From Lytechinus pictus (taxonomy: Eukaryota): a stretch of 64,000 nt of DNA. Below the pieces are notes generated by a model, which was not told where the DNA came from, ran no database searches, and worked only from the letters and a program-made list of their open reading frames with translations. The stretch lies in contig NC_087254.1 in NCBI RefSeq assembly GCF_037042905.1, positions 7,006,001 through 7,070,000 of the forward strand, given 5' to 3'. Every line of letters starts with the position of its first letter. Position 1 is the first letter of the stretch. The translations under genes were made by a program, and so were the position numbers. Positions 54,896-64,000 of the stretch are shown here, piece after piece.

Positions 54896-54953
54896 AGGAC
54901 TTATGCCTTAAATGTATTGCCCTGAAGTTTAGAACCTTCTCTCCATAATTCTA

Positions 54954-55260
54954 TTCCATGAGAAATGAATTAGTGCAAGATTACATCTTAGGGTATTATT
55001 GCGTGATATTGATGTGGATATTGACTTCGATAATCATTGCCTGCTTTCCATGATTCTTTTTTCCATGAGAAATTAATTAGTGCAAAATTACATTTTAGTG
55101 TATTATTGCGCGATGTTGAAGTGGATATTGACTTCGATAATCATTGCCTACATTCCAAGATTCTTTTTTTCCATGAGAAATGAATTAGTGCAAAATTACA
55201 TTTTAGTGTATTATTGCGCGTTATTGATGTGGATATTGACTTCGATGATCATTGCCTACA
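54954..55260 (+). repeat. 107-108 bp tandem repeat, about 3 copies
   Basis: ttccatgagaaat...cattgcct starts at 54954, 55061 and 55169. Confidence 0.9.
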
Positions 55261-56373
55261 TGGAAAGTACTTTTCCCAAGAACGTAAATGATCAAGATTG
55301 GATTATAATTATCTACCAAGTACCCTACTTATACCGAATTAGCGCAACTATAAGTAAAATGAGGAGGGGGGTGTAAAAGGATTCCTAGAAAGAATGAAAT
55401 TGATAAATAAAAGGTACAACGTACTATTATAGTTGACAGCTTGATTTTTTTTTAATATATGTATTTTGTTTTGAAACTACTTTTTGTAATGATCATAGAC
55501 AATAATGATGAGAATATAAATCTACCTGACCATGGCATTCAATTTTGCACCTAAATAAAAACATTGTGAGTTTTCTTTTTGGCTACAACTCTATATTTTA
55601 AAATCATCTTGCACCATGATCTAAAACTTTAATAGCTACATATATTTTGCACTCTAAAGGATACAGAATTCTACCCTTTAGATAAGGTGCAAATATGCAC
55701 CTTTTTAGAATGCAAATGGGCATTCCCAGGTGTAGACCAGAACAAAAAGTCCTGGGGAAATTGGTGGTTTTTCACTTGAATTGCAAGGTGTATTCCGAAA
55801 TGTGGCGCAAAGGTTGCATTTAAGGTGCAGAATCAAACCGTTTTTTTTCCCTCAAGTTTGTGCGTGGAGCGACCTATTTTGTTAATCAATAAATGCACAA
55901 ACAACCGTGTCATGATAATGATGATATCTCTTCTTATCTACTGCAGCAAGTATGGAATATAATGGCAAAACAAGAAATAGAATCATTCGAGTCTTTGATA
56001 TATGCGCTCAGAAAGATTCGGGTATGGTATGAGGACAGAGAAGGAACAATTAGGCCTTCAAGTGTCGGCCTACAATCTCAAGCCCCTGAAAGTTTGTATA
56101 GAAGAGCGATCCTCCATACGAGGCATCGGAAATAAACCGACTAGAGTGGAAGAGAAAGATGGCTACACAAACCTCTCATACTCCACTTTGAATAAGAATT
56201 CGCTTTATGGAGTAGACTAATAGAATTGGACCCTACTAATTAAGTTAAACAGACATGTCTCTGTTCAAGACAAGATGTAATATGCTGTATTTCCGGCTAT
56301 GTACCCTATACGAATTATACTGTTGTAATACACTGTATTCAAGCAGTGAAATCTAGTTAAAGAAAGAAACCAG

Positions 56374-56638
56374 GGCCCCGTCTTACAAAGAGTTACGATT
56401 GATCAAATCATCGTAACTCTATGGGAATCCATCAGTGTCATCATTTTTTCTACAAAAAAATTGCACAATGTCCTTTGTAAACAAAAAGCACAGTGAATTT
56501 TCAAGAAAAAACAATGAATGCATGAATATACATCATAGTGAAGATTTTGAACAAACATTTATTATAGATGTTGACGTTGCTGGCCGTCCATAGTTGTGAT
56601 TGATCGGATCAATCACAACTCTTTGTAAGACAGGGCCC
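56374..56638. mobile_element. MITE family A copy (inverted)
   Basis: Homologous to 12473-12740 in reverse orientation. Confidence 0.75.
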
Positions 56639-59600
56639 TCGAGACTGAATGCTTTCAGAAAAGCTTCTTGTTCGTGGTAGCTTAATAACAGGCTTGATAA
56701 TTAAGTCAAAATGATATAAACTGATATTATGTAAAATGTGAGGAAGGCCTAACGCATAGTTGAGTGAACATGTGCTTCTTTCCTCAAGTAATATGAAATT
56801 AGTATAGTCTTTTATCATTGGTAGAATTGGAGTTGCTGAGGTAGAAGAAGAACACGGAGCGCGGGTATTGAAGCAGAGCAGTTAGCAGCAGCATGGGGTG
56901 AGGGCACTTCCAATACAAGTTGGACACCATTTAAGCACGTGAAAAGTGTTTTTTTAAGACCGGGAAATGTTTACGCGCGTAAGAGTAACAAGGGGTATCA
57001 AAAGTTTGCAAAATCCGGAGGAATTTGTTAAATGTCAACAATCTATAACGTGTAAAAAGTGATGATGTCTAGATCCATACTTAATATTGTAATATTTAGG
57101 GGATTATTAGAGTTTTAACATTAACCTTGTGCAATGTACCCTGAAATATACCTTGTCATGACAGTGTCCTCTGAAAGTATCTNNNNNNNNNNNNNNNNNN
57201 NNNNNNNNNNNNNNNNNNNNNNNNNNNNNNNNNNNNNNNNNNNNNNNNNNNNNNNNNNNNNNNNNNNNNNNNNNNNNNNNNNNNNNNNNNNNNNNNNNNN
57301 NNNNNNNNNNNNNNNNNNNNNNNNNNNNNNNNNNNNNNNNNNNNNNNNNNNNNNNNNNNNNNNNNNNNNNNNNNNNNNNNNNNNNNNNNNNNNNNNNNNN
57401 NNNNNNNNNNNNNNNNNNNNNNNNNNNNNNNNNNNNNNNNNNNNNNNNNNNNNNNNNNNNNNNNNNNNNNNNNNNNNNNNNNNNNNNNNNNNNNNNNNNN
57501 NNNNNNNNNNNNNNNNNNNNNNNNNNNNNNNNNNNNNNNNNNNNNNNNNNNNNNNNNNNNNNNNNNNNNNNNNNNNNNNNNNNNNNNNNNNNNNNNNNNN
57601 NGGTGGTTCACAAGAACGATAAGAGTAGACATAAGTAATAATTAGTTAAGCAAGGGATACGAAGATAGAATGAAAGAAAGGGTGAAAGAGCTAGATAAAG
57701 AAAGGGGTGGTGGTGTATAAGAATTACTAGAGTACATAGAAATATTAACAAGTTAAAATAAAGAGAGAGGGACACAGAAAGGGCGAGAACCGGGGGGGGG
57801 GGGGCTATATTCCTCTCCCACCAATGATCAAGATGTGAAAGCCGTCATCACTGGTTACGCCCTTAATTCTCTCGCTTCGTGATGGAGACCACGCGCAAAC
57901 ACTCTCTCTATTAAGGCACACATATTTATTGCCCTTGACATATCGGCTGTCTTCCCTCTCATTCTCGCGTCTTCTATTATAGCCCTGCTCGACATACATC
58001 CAGCAAGCTTTCAAGAAATTTGTTCCATACATGGTCCAAATCATCCCCACAATGGACGCCGATATTTCATGACGACTGAGTAAATGATGCTCCGTTCTCA
58101 AATCTAATGCACTGCAAATTTAGTTGGCAAATAAAAATTGCTCCGGCGGTAATGTTCTCTGCACCATGTTCCAAGTGACTTTCATAACTGTCTGCATTTC
58201 AAATATGTACATTAGTCATGAAAATGTAAATTCTCATGTGAATTTACCAAATACCAATCATTATGTATTCTCTCTCTCGATCTTTATTCCTCCCCTGCGA
58301 CACTATTTATGTGTCTATTTTTAGTTTTTTTCTCTGTTATTAAAGCAGGGATTTATTAATTTTTTAGTAAATCTGAAGAATTTTTTCATTCTTCAAAGTT
58401 TTTATTCTGTTTTCTGATGATATGAAAAAATGTAAAATAATTTGCCTGGCAATGTGATCAAAACATATATCAGGTTTGCAATTTCAGTGTTTGAATAAAA
58501 AGGTCGAGGCAAAATAAGGTAAATAGTTATGTTGTCTCTTTTTTGCAATAAAAAGACATTTATAGCATGCTCCTATATATCATTTAAGTATAACAGCAAA
58601 ATGTTGATAGATCGTAGGCAATAAATTAATAAAGGAAACAAGGATCGTCCGGATTATGGATGATTTTTAAATTGTCTAACATAAAGATTTTACATGTAGA
58701 GCACACAACACACATCTTAAATGAATTTGGAAACGACAACAATCTTACTTTATACTTTATTTTATTCCTGAATATTTCATCATTGTCTATATAAACATCT
58801 TAGGCACGTCTCTAGTCATTATATTCTAGGCAAGATATGAAGGCTCTTAATTGTTCTATATATCATTATTTTGTTCTTGTTTCATAAAATACAATTGTTT
58901 GTGTAGTACTTTGCATTTTCGGAAAACAGTAAAATGGACATCGTACTAAATTTTTTCGACATGAACACTTCTAAGTTAAATTGCATCAATCCCGTATGCC
59001 GATTTTTTTTGCAGTATACTTAACACTTGTTCATTCACTTTGCATTTAGTTTGGCAGACTATATTTGCGTATCATATTATCTCTTATATTTCACAAAACA
59101 ATAACAATGTAAATATAAATAATGGTTCAATTTGAATATGAAAAAAGTTATATTAAGTAAACACGACAGTAAAAATAGGTTCATTGCGTACCAATCTAAA
59201 AATATATATTCAAATGATATAATGAAAGTATGAAAAGCAGTCAGACAGCATGGTCGGTATTCGAGTAAAAAAAAAATCACACAAAACACAAAGAACATAA
59301 AAGAAATGGTAATATTTACATTCGAAATAATTATTCACCTAATAGAAAATACAGAATAATCTACAAATCACTTGTTGTCATTATAATTTATCATTTGTAG
59401 ATTACCCAAAATATGTTTTAGGTGTGCAATTTTGTGAATATTGAATTCTGAAACAGGATTAAAACGATTTCTGTGGTGAAATTATGCAATGTGCCATTGC
59501 ATTTTCTATTCAAAGATTATTTTCAGCTGCGGAATATTGTACTATACGAAGTTTTACACTGTTATGATCATGATTTCTTTTTAAATATTCTGAAAAGTGG

Positions 59601-62600
59601 ACGACCCCCCCCCCCCCATAAAAACACTAAAAATAACAATAATTAAGATTTTTTTTAAAGATCTGTATCAGCAGCACCCTGTGTGGAAGATCTATCAATC
59701 TTTCATTTTCTATTTTTACATGCACAAGATAAATCTATATCTGTTATCTTAGAAGTTAATCGCTATAAAATATTTATTATATAATACACGAACAATATTC
59801 CTTTGCCAGCGTTGTTCAGAATTTGTTTGCGTAGTCGCGCACATGGCCCTAAAAATTAGATTCTCGAATAAAATGATTTTGCTCTAAAATCGGATATTTG
59901 CTATACTGTATTACCTTTCTGCTAAATGTTGCAACATAAATCTTTTAAAATTGGTAAGTTACATATTGAAAGAACAAACAGGGGGCAATCACAAGAAACA
60001 TATAAATATTCTTCTTCATTTTAAACGCGACCTTTGATATTCTTTCACGGACCGCGGCAATCAGCACGATTACCCTGACATTTTGAGACCAATGCCACTA
60101 AGACAAATGACCACCTGAGATAGGCTTGATCAGGGGCGGTGATTCAGGGGGTGGGGGCAGTTGACCTCCCATTCTTTCAAGTAATGAAAAAAGGAGGATA
60201 AATAGAAAGAAGAAGAAAATGGAAAGTGTGACGCCAAAAGGGGGGTGAGGGCCTATGATTTGCAAGTAGTGAACAAACAAGGAGAAAGAAGGAGGAAAGG
60301 AGAAGAAGAAACGAAAAGAAGGGAGAAAAGAGGGTGTTAATAAAAAATGTTTGGGTCATTTAACTATACATTAAACTTATCAACAGTACGTGGGATTGGC
60401 CTGATCAGGGGCGCGGCGCTACAAAGGGGTGGGGCGATGGGCTACGATACTTCAAATAGTTAACAAACAAATGAACAAAAAAGGAGAATGTGGAAAAAGA
60501 AAGAATAGTGTTTTAAAGGGGAAGTTTGGGTCGTGTAATTCTATGTCACCCCCGTTGAGAAAAGAATGACGTCAAATTGGGGTCGTATTGCCCCCCCCCC
60601 CCCTTAATAAAATACCCCTGGCACCGCTCCTGGTCGTGATTACTGCGCTGAAGTATACTGAGTAGATCTATCATCGTAATGATAAACAAGCCGTGGACGA
60701 GCCAATAGAAGAGCAATTGATATTTGCCCTCTAATCACGACCATCGCGCGGCCATTATGGCCCCTAAAAGTTATATCTCTGAAGACTTTCTAGAGATTAA
60801 TTCTGATGAAAACAATATGCTTCAATACCGCAGCAAAAATGAGACAATTTTGTTCTGATCATATCAATTATGTGTATATGTATGTCAGTGCTGTATTACT
60901 ATTACACATAAACCAAACATGAGAGTATATCTCATAAATCAAACATAGTTTGAAGAAGATATTTTCTAACGTCTGTGCTGCTTAAAAATTGATAAAAACG
61001 CAATTGTAAACCAAACACAATGTTTAAATCAGTATGGAAATGCTATTCAAATTGACAGGTTATTCTGCACATACGAAATTAAACAAAATTTCCAAACTGG
61101 TAACAGAGCCTGACGTTTTATGAGGTACCATCCGAATATGTTTTGAAACAACTGCATCAATCCGTAGTACATCTTGAGATGAAATGCATACATAATTTAA
61201 ATACATAATAAAATGAACAAAATTTGCAGTCTATATAGATTTACTCATTATGACCTGTTCCAGTAATTCGTAAATTACAATATTCATTCAATACAAAATT
61301 ATCGAGAAAGCAGCGCGAGGGGTTTATGTACAGCATTACGTTTATACACAAAAGCGTTTCATTAAAAGTTAATTAATATTCCAACAATATTTTATCAGGA
61401 TAAACCCCAGTGGTATTTTTTCATCTGAATATAAGCTGGACTTAATAAAAATATGTTTTTAGAAGTAATTTAAGGCTTCATCAGGGTAAATTGCTATAAG
61501 GCAATGGCAGTCTTTCATAATTATGCAGCATAGCAAGACATGGAACCTTTTTATGTTTTCCGATGTGAAAATTGTTATGACGGTGTATGACTTATTTAAT
61601 CTAAACAAAATACATTAATATTCTCAAGTGTAATTGCGAAGATACACAAACAGAGTGACACAAAACTAAGTGAAATTCACGCTAAATGCTAGAAGTGTTG
61701 ACGTTTGTGCGATTGCTGTATGAATAAATCTTTGGTAAAGCTATAATAGACCTCTATACAAAAAAAGCGATATTGCACAGAATCATGAAAATTGCACTTT
61801 CATCATTTTTTTGCTATTAAAGTCTTTGTTCTTATATAATTTTCACTTATTAATAAAGACCCTTCTTGATGCACTTTCAAAACCAGTTTCTTTTGGGAGA
61901 AGCTTTAACGATTTAGCCTCTGTTTGGTATTCTAAAGTCAATTATGGATACGAAAGATGGTGAAGATTAAAAAAAACAATTAAAGTGCAACAGATGTAAA
62001 CCCTGTGCAATGGGTCCGAATAGGAATTACATGTAGCAATAATAGAGAAAGAAAGAGATGGAGGGAGAAAGAGGGAAATTGAGAGAGAGAAAGAGAGAGA
62101 GAGGGAGGAGAAGGGACCACATCTTATTTTAAAACTGTGATTCATCAAGAAAGCCAGCTACACCATCATCTACAATGCACATTTTTATTAAAATTATCTG
62201 TATTTCAAAAAAATGAATGCATTATTGTTCCGACCAATCAAATTCAATTTTTGTTTTAAACAAAGTGGAGATACACGTTAAGATATTGATGGATATCCAT
62301 CATACATATTTGCAAAATTTAAGATTGGATAAATCACAAGTTTCTTAAGATAGGGGACAGATGACAGGACAAAGAGCGAGAATTTCGCTTTCGGAGAAGC
62401 CGCACCCGAGGAGGGGGGGGGGGGTCTGCCATACAATCAATTCTGCAGATGGTTGACTGTCCTTTGAAGATAAAACCCCTATTATTTTCCATGTTGATTA
62501 AGGCTCATTAGACGCGTTAGAAGGGCATGGAGGGATTCCCTTTGAGTTGTTTTGTTGATGATGCCAGAAATGACCATACGCAACTCTCGTATGGCTTCTC

Positions 62601-62859
62601 GGATAGATCCACTCGTCACAACCTTACATATGCCAAAGAAAGGCAAAATTTGCCATTTATACTCCCTGTTCCTTTCAAAGACAAAGGAGCATACCCCGCA
62701 TGAAGCATGCATAAATGGTTAGCGATATACAGGGAACGTTGATTCTTCAACACATAAGCATACCCTGATCATTAGTTGTAAACATGATAAAAATAGTGTT
62801 ATTTAATGATTAATCACCCGTTTCAATGCTCTTTGATCTCGTGTGCTGACGTGATGTAA

Positions 62860-63999
62860 TTACTTGAGAAGAAACGGAGACGGGTTGACTCCGTGTAGAC
62901 TGTCCATAATGGCCCTGAACTCCGGACTGCATTTAGCATTCAAAGTCACATCCGGTGGCTGGAACTTCGCGATCTTCAAGATGGACTTGTTTGGTTTCTT
63001 TTCAGGCATTGCTTGTGTTTTAGGCACATTGACATCATCCCCTGATGGTATCGGCACCTCCTTCTCGGTGTTCTTACTTTCCGAGACCTTGATGTCGGGC
63101 TTTGATTGTCCGATTTTAGGCAGCGTTGACACTGGTTTGGCCGTGAACTGTGGCACTTCTTTCTTTTCCGTCGAGAAGGATTTATCAGTAATGGTAGACT
63201 TGGTTTGTTTCCTGACAGGGGAGAGCTGGCCGTACTTGCCACCGGCGAAACCATTGTCAGTGGCTTGCTGCCGACGAAGTTTGGCACGATAGGCGTTCTT
63301 AAATGGCGTTCTGTTGGCCTGGATAAACATGGCGAACTCTTCATCGATGTTCAGAATACAGATAGGTCCAAACGACACATGCTTACCTTCTTTCTTATTT
63401 GGTTGATTATTTTCAATGTCTTCTTCCTTGTCATCCGTCCTTTTTTCGTCCTTCTTGTCGGAACCGTCCCTTTTAATGTGATGCCCCAACTTGGGCAACA
63501 CTTTCGGCACAGTTCGCTTCGGACGATAACCCGTGGAGGACAGCTCGAGTATATACTTATTATAATCGGAGATCCGTGGCATCTTTCTTCGCCGCAGTAG
63601 CAACTCTTTCTTGGTCTCTGACCTCAGCTTCCTCTCTCTAACTTTCCCCAATAGCGAAGACCTCGCTGTTGTAGTTACCCCGCGAGTTGCATCCTTGTCA
63701 ACAGGTTTCAGAAGTTCATCAGGTTTGATGATGTTGCCTTCGGGAAGCATATCAAGTGCAGCAATTTCCCGAGAGAGCCTAAGACGCCGCCTTTCCAGTG
63801 TTCTCTTATTGGTGGCAACGTTGAAAGGTTCATTCATCAGATTGAACAGTGGAGACTTCTTAGGTCCTCCCCGAGCCCCTGCGGTACTTCTGAACTCTGG
63901 TAGCTTGTCCGTTTTAATCGGTGAAAATTTCCCATACGCGTACGGTGCATCTTTCCTCTGACCCTCTTTCCTCATGAGAGATTCGATGACACGATCCCT
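62860..63999 (-). CDS. Probable terminal coding exon of an unidentified Lys/Arg-rich, likely disordered protein
   Basis: Frame open for at least 379 codons, to the window edge (RDRVIESL precedes the annotated Met). GC content is higher than the flanks; an AT-rich UTR-like region follows. No domain recognised. Confidence 0.75.
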   Translation of the reverse strand, partial: RDRVIESLMRKEGQRKDAPYAYGKFSPIKTDKLPEFRSTAGARGGPKKSPLFNLMNEPFNVATNKRTLERRRLRLSREIAALDMLPEGNIIKPDELLKPVDKDATRGVTTTARSSLLGKVRERKLRSETKKELLLRRRKMPRISDYNKYILELSSTGYRPKRTVPKVLPKLGHHIKRDGSDKKDEKRTDDKEEDIENNQPNKKEGKHVSFGPICILNIDEEFAMFIQANRTPFKNAYRAKLRRQQATDNGFAGGKYGQLSPVRKQTKSTITDKSFSTEKKEVPQFTAKPVSTLPKIGQSKPDIKVSESKNTEKEVPIPSGDDVNVPKTQAMPEKKPNKSILKIAKFQPPDVTLNAKCSPEFRAIMDSLHGVNPSPFLLK

Positions 64000-64000
64000 G

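Noticed and set aside
55893-56220. Short ORFs with coding-like composition
   Set aside because: No splice-consistent model or recognisable homology; possibly a decayed LINE fragment
62864-63961. Plus-strand ORFs of 116-142 aa
   Set aside because: Antisense shadows of the long minus-strand ORF

Overview
AT-rich, intron-containing animal DNA; the repeat content suggests a sea urchin or other echinoderm (inference). Two genes sit head-to-head. On the minus strand is mitochondrial tyrosyl-tRNA synthetase YARS2 (9 coding exons, 23855 down to 38, continuing off the left edge). On the plus strand is a complete 12-exon MEIOB (29393-44383, 515 aa). A basic, low-complexity minus-strand ORF of unknown identity enters at the right edge (62860->64000). 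A full-length DIRS1-type tyrosine-recombinase retrotransposon (6661-11498) lies in a YARS2 intron; it has gag, RT/RNaseH/methyltransferase, YR, ITRs, ICR and a 3-bp ATT crossover core, but its pol is broken. YARS2 intron 1 (14614-23820) holds the least explained structure: a chain of related non-coding modules joined at palindromic GAGGTT-(AT-rich)-AACCTC junctions. Nested in it are a SINE, MITEs, two inverted 9-bp-TSD elements and a 2.6-kb near-identical tandem duplication. The rest is SINEs, MITEs, a Helentron-like element, tandem repeats and three N-gaps. All calls were made by eye; no searches were run.
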